Shown here: positions 9,112 through 18,604 of the stretch, piece by piece
Layout: each line of letters opens with the position of its first letter
Numbering within the stretch: position 1 is the first letter of the stretch
NCBI GenBank assembly: GCA_964291315.2
Contig: OZ219752.1
Location: 96,001-160,000, forward strand
Direction: 5' to 3'
DNA length: 64,000 nucleotides
Source of the DNA: Candidatus Poribacteria bacterium
GTDB taxonomy: Bacteria; Poribacteria; WGA-4E; WGA-3G
Translations under genes and position numbers: made by a program
Notes under the pieces: model-generated
What the model saw: only the letters and a program-made list of their open reading frames with translations
Databases searched by the model: none
Told to the model about the DNA's origin: nothing

Positions 9112-10545
9112 ATGCTGGAGGTTTTACCTATCAACATGCAATATGATGATAAACCCAAGGACGAATGCGGCGTATTCGGTGTTTTTGGGCACCCAAAAGC
9201 CGTAGAGTTAACCTATTTGGGGTTACGCGCCCTTCAGCATCGAGGACAAGAGAGTAGTGGGATCGTCGCGTCAGATGGTGAGAACTTTACATATCACCAC
9301 GGTATGGGACTCGTCCACTCTGTCTTTGCGCCAGATATTCTACGGAAGCTGAAAGGGCATATCGCTATCGGACACAACCGATATTCAACGGCAGGGGAAA
9401 GCACACTAGAGAACGCGCAGCCTTTGGTTCGAAATTATAGGCAGGTCCCCCTCGCGCTTGGTCACAACGGCAACCTCGTCAATTCATCGTACATTCGAAG
9501 CCATCTGGAGAGTGTGGGGTCAATCTTTAGCACAAGTTTGGATACGGAAGTCATTTTCCATCTCATAGCGCGTTCACGGCAGCAAATTTTGGAAAATAGA
9601 ATTATCGACGCACTTCGAAGTATTGAAGGTGCCTATTCGTTCGTATGCATGGATAAAAACACGCTCATAGGGGCTCGAGATCCACACGGGTTTCGTCCGC
9701 TCTGGCTCGGTAGACTTGATGATACCTATGTTCTGGCGTCCGAAACATGCGCACTTGATGTGATTGAAGCAGAACCGATACGCGAAGTGGAACCCGCGGA
9801 GTTAATATTAATACGATCCGAACATCGCGGGGCAGAGTCCTTCCGTTTTCGCGAGAGAGAACCAAAATTATCGCAGTGCATCTTTGAATATATCTATTTG
9901 GCGCGCCCTGACGGTATGATGTTCGGTCAGAACGTGAATAGCACGCGCCGTGAGTTCGGCAGGCAGCTCGCCCGTGAACACCCCGTCCAGGCGGATGTAG
10001 TTATCCCGGTCCCCGACTCTGCCACGATTGCTGCACTCGGATATGCCGAGGAATCGGGCATCCCGTTCGATTTAGGGTTATCAAGAAACACTTTCGTTGG
10101 ACGCTCTTTTATGAACCCTACACAGGATATCAGAGAACTCATGGTGAAGATAAAGTTGAACCCAGTGCGCGATGTCCTCCGCGGCAAGCGGGTGGTGCTT
10201 GTAGATGATTCTATTATGCGCGGAACAAACAGTAGAAAGCTCATCAAAATCGTTCGGGAAGGGGGTGCAACCGCCATCCACCTCCGCATTGCATCTCCCC
10301 CGAATAAATTTTCATGTTTCTATGGTGTCGATACACCAACACGCGACGAGCTAATTGCTAGTTCACATACGATTGAAGAGATTTGTAAATATATTTGTGC
10401 TGACAGCCTCGGTTATCTCAGCATCGATGGAATGCTCAATTCGGTAAAAGCACCACGAGATTTTTGTACTACCTGTTTTGATGGAAAGTATCCAGTCCCC
10501 TTCGTGGATGAGCCTTCGGAACAGCTGCCCCTAATTATAGACTGA
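9112..10545 (+). CDS. purF: amidophosphoribosyltransferase
   Basis: ECGVFG, LQHRGQES, GHNRYST, PRPP site VLVDDSIMRGT, CTTCF Fe-S ligands. Confidence 0.97.
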   Translation: MLEVLPINMQYDDKPKDECGVFGVFGHPKAVELTYLGLRALQHRGQESSGIVASDGENFTYHHGMGLVHSVFAPDILRKLKGHIAIGHNRYSTAGESTLENAQPLVRNYRQVPLALGHNGNLVNSSYIRSHLESVGSIFSTSLDTEVIFHLIARSRQQILENRIIDALRSIEGAYSFVCMDKNTLIGARDPHGFRPLWLGRLDDTYVLASETCALDVIEAEPIREVEPAELILIRSEHRGAESFRFREREPKLSQCIFEYIYLARPDGMMFGQNVNSTRREFGRQLAREHPVQADVVIPVPDSATIAALGYAEESGIPFDLGLSRNTFVGRSFMNPTQDIRELMVKIKLNPVRDVLRGKRVVLVDDSIMRGTNSRKLIKIVREGGATAIHLRIASPPNKFSCFYGVDTPTRDELIASSHTIEEICKYICADSLGYLSIDGMLNSVKAPRDFCTTCFDGKYPVPFVDEPSEQLPLIID

Positions 10546-10586
10546 CCTCTTGTCTTGAGATGAGATGACAGAACGTTGCACTCAAA

Positions 10587-10637
10587 GGAAAATTTTATGC
10601 AGTACAAAACTTGGGAAGATTTTATGCAGTACAAAAC
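10587..10637 (+). repeat. 27-bp-period tandem duplication of RBS plus start codon
   Basis: GGAA(A/G)ATTTTATGCAGTACAAAAC at 10587-10610 and 10614-10637. Confidence 0.9.
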
Positions 10638-10932
10638 CTGTAGTAAACAGATAGGAACAGCGCAAGGAACACATACGCTTATATCTCTGCTCGGATGTGC
10701 AATCCTCGGCATGGTTCTGAGCAGAATTCTCCCGTTTTTGATTGGAAAATTGCGCCCTAACCTAGCCCCGGAGGTAGCCGAGGAGATTGGTGTCCTTGTT
10801 GCCTTAGGTATCAGCGGCGTCTTATTAATCATCAGCCTCTTGAAACCGAGGAAACCAAGTATTTCTCCGCTTCGCAGACAATTATTAAAGGGAAAAGTAT
10901 TAAAGGAAAACGAAAAATCAGATGGTATCTAA
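10597..10932 (+). CDS. small hypothetical membrane protein
   Basis: Two hydrophobic segments; lies between purF and purM and overlaps the purM start; start ambiguous (10597 or 10624). Confidence 0.6.
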   Translation: MQYKTWEDFMQYKTCSKQIGTAQGTHTLISLLGCAILGMVLSRILPFLIGKLRPNLAPEVAEEIGVLVALGISGVLLIISLLKPRKPSISPLRRQLLKGKVLKENEKSDGI

Positions 10933-11962
10933 AAAGTCGTTGACCTACGCCGATGCTGGTGTCTCATTTGCAGCTGAAGCTGAGGCGATAAAACGATTAA
11001 AAGGGTTGGCTCAGACGACCTATCGCCCAGAAGTCCTTAGCGATGTAGGCAGTTTTGGTGGGCTCTTTGCACTCAAAGCATACGATGAGCCTGTGCTTGT
11101 CTCCAGTACAGATAGTGTAGGCACAAAACTGAAAGTTGCGTTTAAAGCGTCACGACACAATACTGTCGGCTTTGACATTGTCGCACATTGTGGAAATGAT
11201 ATCGTTGTGCAGGGAGCCGAGCCGATCTTCTTTCTAGATTACATCGGTATCAACAAAGTCATACCAGCGGTTATCGAGCAGATTGTTGAAGGACTGGCAT
11301 CCGGTTGCAGAGAGATTGGATGTGCACTAATCGGTGGTGAAATCGCCGAACTCCCCGATTTTTATGCGCTCGGTGAATACGACTTGGTCGGCACAATCGT
11401 TGGTGTTGTAGAAAAAAAAGACGTGATTACTGGAAGCACGATTGCACCTAGAGATAAACTCATTGGGTTAGCCTCAGCAGGTCTACACACCAACGGTTTT
11501 TCATTGGCGCGTCGTATTCTCTTCGAACAGGGCAACTATGACGTTGACACCAACCTACCGAAACTCTCAGAAACAGTTGGAGAAGCACTTCTTACGCCTC
11601 ATAAGAGTTATGTAAAGTCTGTGCTAGCACTCCGCGAGGTATGCAAGATTAAAGGACTAGCACACATCACTGGTGGCGGACTCCCGGCGAATGTGCTGAG
11701 GATACTACCGAAAGGGTGTGTAGCCCACATCCGAAAAGGGACATGGGAGATCCCTTCTATTTTCTCGTTTCTACAGACAAAAGGAGACATCGAAGAAGAT
11801 GAGATGTACAGGGTTTTCAATATGGGGATTGGAATGGTCATCGTCCTTTCACCTGACGATGTTAATGCTGCAATATCGTCTCTTGATGCCTCTGGCGAAT
11901 CGACCTTTCTCATTGGAGAAGTAGTTGCAGGTGAAAAGGAGGTACGAGGTGTTGCTTCTTAA
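10922..11962 (+). CDS. purM: phosphoribosylformylglycinamidine cyclo-ligase
   Basis: TYADAGV, TDSVGTK, GAEPIFFLDY, GLHTNGFSL, HITGGG, FNMGIG. Confidence 0.97.
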   Translation: MVSKKSLTYADAGVSFAAEAEAIKRLKGLAQTTYRPEVLSDVGSFGGLFALKAYDEPVLVSSTDSVGTKLKVAFKASRHNTVGFDIVAHCGNDIVVQGAEPIFFLDYIGINKVIPAVIEQIVEGLASGCREIGCALIGGEIAELPDFYALGEYDLVGTIVGVVEKKDVITGSTIAPRDKLIGLASAGLHTNGFSLARRILFEQGNYDVDTNLPKLSETVGEALLTPHKSYVKSVLALREVCKIKGLAHITGGGLPANVLRILPKGCVAHIRKGTWEIPSIFSFLQTKGDIEEDEMYRVFNMGIGMVIVLSPDDVNAAISSLDASGESTFLIGEVVAGEKEVRGVAS

Positions 11963-12710
11963 TACAGATACACAGACGATACCATCCTTTTTAGACGAAG
12001 GTGCAGTGGAAGAATTGACAGCACTGCTGGACGAAACACATCCGAAAATTGTTTTGGCAGCCTTGCAAAATGTAGAAGACAGCGACGCTGCCGTATTTTT
12101 TGTAATGTGTGCACACCTAAAGAGTGATTCCGGTGGAGGTACCCTCGCCGCGCATGCCGGAACGCTTTTTGCGCAGTTGTCGTTCGAGAAACGGGTTAGC
12201 ATTGCTGAGAAAATAGCTACAACGGAGGTTGTTGATGCAGAACGTGCAACACAAATCTGGTACGAGCATATTGCCGAAATTAAAGAGACGCTCGAAAAAA
12301 CCGCTTTCTTGGGGAAAGGCACAACGAATCTTGCGAAACTGCTATCATATATGGCCGTGCATGATCAAAATCAATTGTTAGAGGTATTAGCAGAAAAAGA
12401 TCCGGAGATGGTAAGCAATATTTCTGAACAACTTTTTACCTTTGAGGGACTTAGTAGGTTGGAAAGCGAGTCGATTAAAGTGATTCTCAAAGTATTAGAT
12501 ACACAGACTTTAGCTGTTGCACTACACAACGCACCCTCTACGGTAAACGACCGATTTTTTGAAAACATGTCTGCATCGCAAGTAGAAGCAATCAGAGCAG
12601 AAAACGATAAATTAACGTTTGAGCAGACACAAGTCGCCGATACAGCCCGTCAGTCTGTCGTCAATTTAGTACGCAATTTCGCAGCGAAAGGGTTGTTAAA
12701 ACTTGAATAA
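11949..12710 (+). CDS. FliG middle/C-terminal domain-like protein
   Basis: ETHPKIV (EHPQ-like), LFTFE (MFxF-like), LAVAL..FFENMS..ARQSVVNLVR; GTG start after AAGGAGGT inside the purM 3' end. Confidence 0.75.
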   Translation: MLLLNTDTQTIPSFLDEGAVEELTALLDETHPKIVLAALQNVEDSDAAVFFVMCAHLKSDSGGGTLAAHAGTLFAQLSFEKRVSIAEKIATTEVVDAERATQIWYEHIAEIKETLEKTAFLGKGTTNLAKLLSYMAVHDQNQLLEVLAEKDPEMVSNISEQLFTFEGLSRLESESIKVILKVLDTQTLAVALHNAPSTVNDRFFENMSASQVEAIRAENDKLTFEQTQVADTARQSVVNLVRNFAAKGLLKLE

Positions 12711-12768
12711 ATAAAGGTATTTCCGGACCTTTTCCATAATGAACTTCTCCTAAAAATCCTTTATTTTA

Positions 12769-12803
12769 AGATGACCGCTTTTCGAGTCGCAGCGGGATCA
12801 TCT
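12769..12803. terminator. hairpin between convergent genes
   Basis: AGATGA-CCGCT ... AGCGG-GA-TCATCT imperfect stem; no clear U-tract. Confidence 0.35.
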
Positions 12804-12839
12804 GCCGTGAGCGTATAGAAATAGCTCTAAACCGTATGA

Positions 12840-13796
12840 TCAGTTGTTCTTAAACCTGAACTTATAAGGTATAGCAACCTGCTTGCTGATCGGTTCGCCG
12901 CCCTTCATAGCAGGACGAAAGGTTGTCTTCTTCAAGGCTTCAATCGCTGCCTCTTCAAATCCGAATCCGAGGTTCGTGAGTGCTTTGATGTTTCGGGGGA
13001 TGCCGTTCTCATCAATAGTTGCTTGCAAGAGAACCTCGCCCTCCTTTTCCGCTTTTTCTGCGAGAGCTGGATACTTCGGCTCTACTCTAAACTTGTACTG
13101 AGGGTTTGTGACACCAGGTTCCGGCTCGAAATCCACACCTACTAACCCGGGCACTTCGTCTAATATATCAGTATCAAGCTTGTTAATCTGTGAAGGAACT
13201 TCACGTTGTATCTCAAAATCTGGTGCTTTTATCTTTGGTTCCAAGGTCCGAGTCGGCTGGACAAAATTTCGATCAACCTCTATCATTTTCGGCCCCGCAT
13301 CAGCATCCGGCGCGGATAAGTCAATATCAGTATCCTGCCCTTGATCAATCACAAATCCATCATCCACTAACGATTGAGGCAGGTCAGTTACTATCGGTCT
13401 CTGGATTGGGATATCTTGCTTCTGCTGCTGTTGGGTATTCTTGAACTTAAGGGTCTCTCTACGCCGGAAACGACGCTTGGTTTTTGCCTCTTCTGTGACG
13501 ATACTAATATTAAATGTTTCTTGATTCATTTCAATTTGTTCAACGATAAAAAAAGCACTAACGACCAAACCAACAATTATGTGAAATAAGACTGCAACTG
13601 AAAACGCTGTGGAACTCTGTCCGATGCGTCTTTGTGTGATCGGATGCTGCACTACGTTTGCTCGCGCAATAGAGATTTTGTGCTGTTGATGGGAATCCAA
13701 AGGAACCTTCTTTAGGGCAACAAAACGCTTCGGTTTTTTACGTTCTGCCCGACGTTGTCGCATTCCGGTAAGCATGTCGGACGTTCTGCTACTCAT
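12840..13796 (-). CDS. TonB family energy transducer
   Basis: N-terminal TM with SxxxxxH, low-complexity linker, C-terminal PKYPALAEKAEKEGEVLLQATIDENG...FRPA. Confidence 0.9.
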   Translation of the reverse strand: MSSRTSDMLTGMRQRRAERKKPKRFVALKKVPLDSHQQHKISIARANVVQHPITQRRIGQSSTAFSVAVLFHIIVGLVVSAFFIVEQIEMNQETFNISIVTEEAKTKRRFRRRETLKFKNTQQQQKQDIPIQRPIVTDLPQSLVDDGFVIDQGQDTDIDLSAPDADAGPKMIEVDRNFVQPTRTLEPKIKAPDFEIQREVPSQINKLDTDILDEVPGLVGVDFEPEPGVTNPQYKFRVEPKYPALAEKAEKEGEVLLQATIDENGIPRNIKALTNLGFGFEEAAIEALKKTTFRPAMKGGEPISKQVAIPYKFRFKNN

Positions 13797-14070
13797 CTTT
13801 TTTCCTCCTACCTACAAAGAGAAGAATGGATAACTCCGGCCTTAGGTACTGCTTGTTATAGACCGTATACGAAAAAGTTCTAATGAAATGAGCACCTCAA
13901 AAAACTAAGACTATCGAATCTATTTTGACATCAAAAGTCAAGAAAAGGTTTAATACGGGCTATGGGAGCTGACACAATTTTCGTCCGAAGGCCCGGCAAT
14001 AATTATAATATACTTCCTTTTCCGTATTAATTTTATCAATTTTACATGCAAACAATTTGCGACACTTCTA

Positions 14071-16329
14071 TTACGGGTTCCACCAATAGGTCATTTTTGC
14101 GACAACCGTTGAATCCAAGAGTGTAGACTTCGTGGTACCGTCGGTATCGTAAGTCTGATTGAACACGAAATAGAAATCGCTTCCTGGGCGATAGATGTAA
14201 TTGATTAGAAAGTTGGTAGCCACAACGTCCGTATCGGTATTCCATTGGGCAAAGAACTTTGCGAAGAGTGCAGTAGAAAAAGAGTAATCAAGCCTACCTC
14301 TAAAAAGGTTGACGTAGACGGGACGAGGCTGCCCGTCGGTAAAATATGCGATCGGCAGGTCTACTATCTGATTAAATTGGTACTGTGCGCTCAGACTTAT
14401 ATGTCTATTCGGTTTAAGAGTGGTTTCTACATATGCCCTGCGAACTTCGCCCTTATAGAAGTCCTCAATCCCACCTCCGAGGGTTGTACTGATTGATCGG
14501 TTTTCACTGCTGGCAACACGGATGTGATATGCGTTGGAGGAGTAGCTCCCTATCGGAATCTCCAGACCGTCCCTAAACTCGAAAACCTCGCTGAGTCGTT
14601 CGAGGGTGTGTTTAGCGTTGAGAAGGATATAGTCTCCACTGTCAAATTGCAACCAATTGGTGTAGGAAATGTCCCACTCTTCTAATTCGTTGTCATGATT
14701 TAACAGATAGTTCATTTCTGGTCCCGTCCAAACCTGTCGAATTCTGAATCTTTGCGGCGCGGGTGTCCAACGCATCTCTCCGCGGAAGTGCCGAATCCCG
14801 GTGCGCCTTACGTATCCCACGCCAGGGTTGAAATCTTCATCAATGTCGGTATACGCTCCCTCCAAGCGCAAACGGTTTTGCCGCCAGCGGGAACCGAGAT
14901 ACCAGGCATTATTGTGTCCAGACGCATCTGGTTCAAACGTACGAGACCACATACCTCGAACATCCACGTTATCGTTGGGACGGTACTCAAAATCAAGACC
15001 ACCCGCGCGATTGTAGTCTCCAACTCCGTCCTTATTTACAGCAATCATTCCGATACGCGAACCTGAAGCCACGTCTTTTGTAAGACGTAGCACAGAATAA
15101 TTGGTGCGGGGTATGTCGATAGGATCATCATCGGTATTAGTATCGTGGAACTCGTCTGTCAGGACGTTAAGAAAACCTATACCGTACGAACCTATTTTAC
15201 CACTTGCTTTTCCCCCAAAGATAATCGGAATTGCACTTTCTTCTGCAAGTCCAATACGGCGGCTGTAGAAAAGGAGCATAGGTGGCGGGCGGCGGAGATT
15301 GCTGCGCGGTATGCCGAAATCAAAGAGACCCGCGCCTTCTAAAAAGAAGGGACGCTTTTCAGGAAAAAAGAGGTTAAATCGAGTGAGATTTATCTGTTCC
15401 TCATCTGCTTCGACTTGTGCGAAGTCGGTGTTGTAAGTGATGTCTGCAGTCAGATTTGATGTAATGCCATACTTAGCATCAAAGCCTACTTTAAGCTTTC
15501 TCTCAGTCTCAAGTCCTGTGTCATCGCCATTAATTTGAGTCACGCCGGGAAGGATGTAAGGCAGTACTTCCAAATTCCGAGAAGGGGTAATCTCTGAAAG
15601 TCCAACAATTTTTCCAAGGTTGGCAGTCCGATACTTTGCCATGCCTCCATAGGAAGCTGGAACGGGTACCCATATCATCTCTTCTTGGTTTCGCGCGAGC
15701 TCGCGCCCGGCGTTCATCCCCCAGACTATCTGACCGCCGTGCTTGAAACGAAGCTGGCTAAACGGGATACTCAATTCGGAAGTCCAATAGGTATCATTGA
15801 TTTTCGACTGACACTCCACAACGGCATCCCAATCCCTGTTGAGCGTGTCCCCGCTGTTTGTTACGGCTCTGTCTTGTATAGCTCCGAGAGCATTCATCCG
15901 AAAGAAAAAGCCACTTCGCTTGTCGTTATATGTGTCGAGAATCAAAAATACAGTGTCGTTTTCGTGCAGATCTTGGGCATCGCGGCGCATCTCATTTGCA
16001 ACAAGCTTTGACATATCTGAATCGAAGCAAGTAAAACCGAAATAGATGTTCTCGTTATCATAGAGAACCCGAACCTCCATCGATTCGGAGCCAATTTCAC
16101 CTTCGTACGGCTCGATTTGCACAAACCTGTCAATCGGTTCTGCTCGTTGCCAATCTTCTTCTGTTAAATCCCCATCAATCTCGATGGTTTGGTAGGTCCG
16201 ATACGCCTTTACTTCCTGATCGTACGATTCACCACTGACACTAGCAATATCAATCTGCGAAAATGTAATAATAAACAAAAGAATAGTAATTTTTTGAAAT
16301 TTCAGGCGAGAAAATAGATGCTCCTCCAC
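14071..16329 (-). CDS. CBM9-like plus DUF5916 outer-membrane beta-barrel protein
   Basis: Signal peptide, IDGDL.E.DW, NTDFAQVEAD, LFFPEKRPFFLEG, YSRRIG; aromatic C-terminus. Confidence 0.85.
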   Translation of the reverse strand: MEEHLFSRLKFQKITILLFIITFSQIDIASVSGESYDQEVKAYRTYQTIEIDGDLTEEDWQRAEPIDRFVQIEPYEGEIGSESMEVRVLYDNENIYFGFTCFDSDMSKLVANEMRRDAQDLHENDTVFLILDTYNDKRSGFFFRMNALGAIQDRAVTNSGDTLNRDWDAVVECQSKINDTYWTSELSIPFSQLRFKHGGQIVWGMNAGRELARNQEEMIWVPVPASYGGMAKYRTANLGKIVGLSEITPSRNLEVLPYILPGVTQINGDDTGLETERKLKVGFDAKYGITSNLTADITYNTDFAQVEADEEQINLTRFNLFFPEKRPFFLEGAGLFDFGIPRSNLRRPPPMLLFYSRRIGLAEESAIPIIFGGKASGKIGSYGIGFLNVLTDEFHDTNTDDDPIDIPRTNYSVLRLTKDVASGSRIGMIAVNKDGVGDYNRAGGLDFEYRPNDNVDVRGMWSRTFEPDASGHNNAWYLGSRWRQNRLRLEGAYTDIDEDFNPGVGYVRRTGIRHFRGEMRWTPAPQRFRIRQVWTGPEMNYLLNHDNELEEWDISYTNWLQFDSGDYILLNAKHTLERLSEVFEFRDGLEIPIGSYSSNAYHIRVASSENRSISTTLGGGIEDFYKGEVRRAYVETTLKPNRHISLSAQYQFNQIVDLPIAYFTDGQPRPVYVNLFRGRLDYSFSTALFAKFFAQWNTDTDVVATNFLINYIYRPGSDFYFVFNQTYDTDGTTKSTLLDSTVVAKMTYWWNP

Positions 16330-16418
16330 AAACGTTACCTCCCTTAGCGAAAGGGATATTAAATTAATTTTTTAAGGCACTTTTCTTAATGAAATAGTAA
16401 TAATTTAGACGTTCGTTT

Positions 16419-16442
16419 TGAAAATAGGTGTACCTATTTTCA
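16419..16442. other. perfect 10-bp inverted repeat (terminator or operator)
   Basis: TGAAAATAGG-TGTA-CCTATTTTCA between the TBDR stop and the DUF5916 gene start. Confidence 0.45.
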
Positions 16443-16467
16443 TGCCAAACACGATACGCAAACCGTA

Positions 16468-18582
16468 TCAGAATTCAAGCGTTCCGACGACTGCAAAAAA
16501 GGGAACTATATGTAATTGATCAATGGGGACTTGCTTTGTAAAGTCTGAATTATAGCGAACTTGAAGCAAATTGCTGCGATTATAGGCATTCCATAGTTCC
16601 AAAGTAATTCCGCCTTTCCATCTGTCGGTCACGAAAAAGGTTTTGTGGAATCGTAAATCCAAGCGATGATATGCTGTTGTTCGCTCTGGATCGCCATAAA
16701 TCGGCAACCAGGTCTTGTTTTTTGTAAATGGGTTGATATACCGTTCTCTGTCTAACAAAGGTGAGTACAAAACTCCGCTCTTATAGTGCCAATTCGCGCC
16801 AAATTCCCAAGATCCTAACAAATAATTCAGACCAATTCCCAAAACATGCGGTGTGCTATACATATAAAAACGTTCCTCGTCCCTTGCGGAGTCTTGACGT
16901 TTGGAAAGAGTATAGGCATAGGAGAGCCAACTCCGAAAAACGTCAGTTATTTCATGCTCCAATGAAACCTCAATTCCCCTTACATAGCCGGTCCGCTGAT
17001 TTTCATAGCGACTTTCGGATTCGTTGTAAGTAACCATATCGCGCTGATTTTTGTAATAACCAGAGACTCCTACCCGTATCTGCGAAACTAACGGTATTCG
17101 CGGTTTCAACCCTTTCTCCATAGTTATAACATAGTGTCTTGCTAGACTTGGGCCGATCTCAGGATTCTCCGCTCCAAGGACCACTTGGTAGAGCCGTGGG
17201 TTTTGAATGTAAACGCCGTACATAAAGCGGATATCTATTGGAAAAAACGACAGTCTATCAACATTCGCAAAGTCGGGTCCAAGCGTTATACCGAGGAGTC
17301 CGCGGGGTTGAAGTGAAAATGTGTCTGTCAGCTTGAGATAACTCGTTCGCATACCCAGAGTAGCGTAGATGTCAGCATAATGGACCGAAGGCAGCTCTTG
17401 CGTCGCTTGTAGGTACCCTTCAAGAGGGTACAAGATTTTAGATGTGTGTGTAATAATTTTTTTCCCATCTCGCTTAAGCCTGAAGTTATAGTTCCAATCC
17501 CCTTCTTCAACGGGGCGCGTGCCGTTGCTAATCAGTGTTGTCGGAAGACTTGAAACGGAAAAACCGGACTCCAATAGGGTTGTTGGGAATTTAACCCAAT
17601 ACTCGAGATCGCCCCGTAGGGCATAGACGCTTTCAGTATCCCGATAGAAATAGCCGTCGCCAAAACTAAGTTCTGTGCGAGAAAATGAACGCGTCAACGA
17701 TACAACGGAACTGAAACGCTTCTTCTTTTCAGAATAGAGATGGATGCCCTGTGAGTCAAACGGACTATTTGAACTGAGCAGCCCGGGCAGGTCGCCTTCA
17801 GACACTTCGTCCAGAGTAAAATTCAATTTGGCAGAATCGCCCGCAGCGATAGCATTGACAACTAACGTGTGAGCATTGCTTAATTGGTAGACTCCTTTTC
17901 CTTGATAGCTCCAGAAATGTGGCACCTCGGTTGTCAAGTCATTTTCGATTTCTAGCAGGCGCGGTAGCAATTCAAAAAGAGGCTCTAGGTAGCTCCACCG
18001 CCCAAAGGTGTGCCAATATCCCTGTTCCCCTATGTTTCCCTCAAAGAAAGCTTGTCCATATACTGGGTTAAGGTTGACTGTACCAGCGAAAGAGGTATCG
18101 GTCTTGGAACGAGAGTAGATGTCAATCACAGATTGTGAGTTGGAACCGAATTCTGTCCCGTACCCACCGGGATAGACATCAATATTTTCAATTACCTCAG
18201 CGTTGAGTGTTGAAACAATTCCCTGAAGGTGATACGGATACCCCAGCGGCAATCGATCGAAGTAATAAAGATTGTCTTCAGGCCCACCGCCACGTACAGA
18301 AAGGATTCCGACGAAATCGTTTAGCAGGCCAACACTTGGTAGCTTGTTTAGCGCGCGAATCGGGTCCCCGCCGCTCGCTATCGCTCCCTGGACTGCCGGA
18401 CCCCTGAAAGTATAACGCGGTTTCTTTTCCAACCGTTCTGTCTTAGTCTCTATTGCATCGAAGGTGTAAACGTCCTCTGATGCCTCGTTTTCCCGCGAAA
18501 CAGGCTTGACCGTGTCATCGTCGGCTTGCGCGAAGCCGCACAATGTGCCTATCAGCATGAAGAGGGTCCATATCAGTCTCAT
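16468..18582 (-). CDS. TonB-dependent receptor
   Basis: Signal peptide, plug motif VRGGGPEDNLYYFD, YPGGYG, YHRLDLR, C-terminal Phe. Confidence 0.88.
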   Translation of the reverse strand: MRLIWTLFMLIGTLCGFAQADDDTVKPVSRENEASEDVYTFDAIETKTERLEKKPRYTFRGPAVQGAIASGGDPIRALNKLPSVGLLNDFVGILSVRGGGPEDNLYYFDRLPLGYPYHLQGIVSTLNAEVIENIDVYPGGYGTEFGSNSQSVIDIYSRSKTDTSFAGTVNLNPVYGQAFFEGNIGEQGYWHTFGRWSYLEPLFELLPRLLEIENDLTTEVPHFWSYQGKGVYQLSNAHTLVVNAIAAGDSAKLNFTLDEVSEGDLPGLLSSNSPFDSQGIHLYSEKKKRFSSVVSLTRSFSRTELSFGDGYFYRDTESVYALRGDLEYWVKFPTTLLESGFSVSSLPTTLISNGTRPVEEGDWNYNFRLKRDGKKIITHTSKILYPLEGYLQATQELPSVHYADIYATLGMRTSYLKLTDTFSLQPRGLLGITLGPDFANVDRLSFFPIDIRFMYGVYIQNPRLYQVVLGAENPEIGPSLARHYVITMEKGLKPRIPLVSQIRVGVSGYYKNQRDMVTYNESESRYENQRTGYVRGIEVSLEHEITDVFRSWLSYAYTLSKRQDSARDEERFYMYSTPHVLGIGLNYLLGSWEFGANWHYKSGVLYSPLLDRERYINPFTKNKTWLPIYGDPERTTAYHRLDLRFHKTFFVTDRWKGGITLELWNAYNRSNLLQVRYNSDFTKQVPIDQLHIVPFFAVVGTLEF

Positions 18583-18604
18583 GTTCTCGTTGTATAAAAA
18601 AAGA

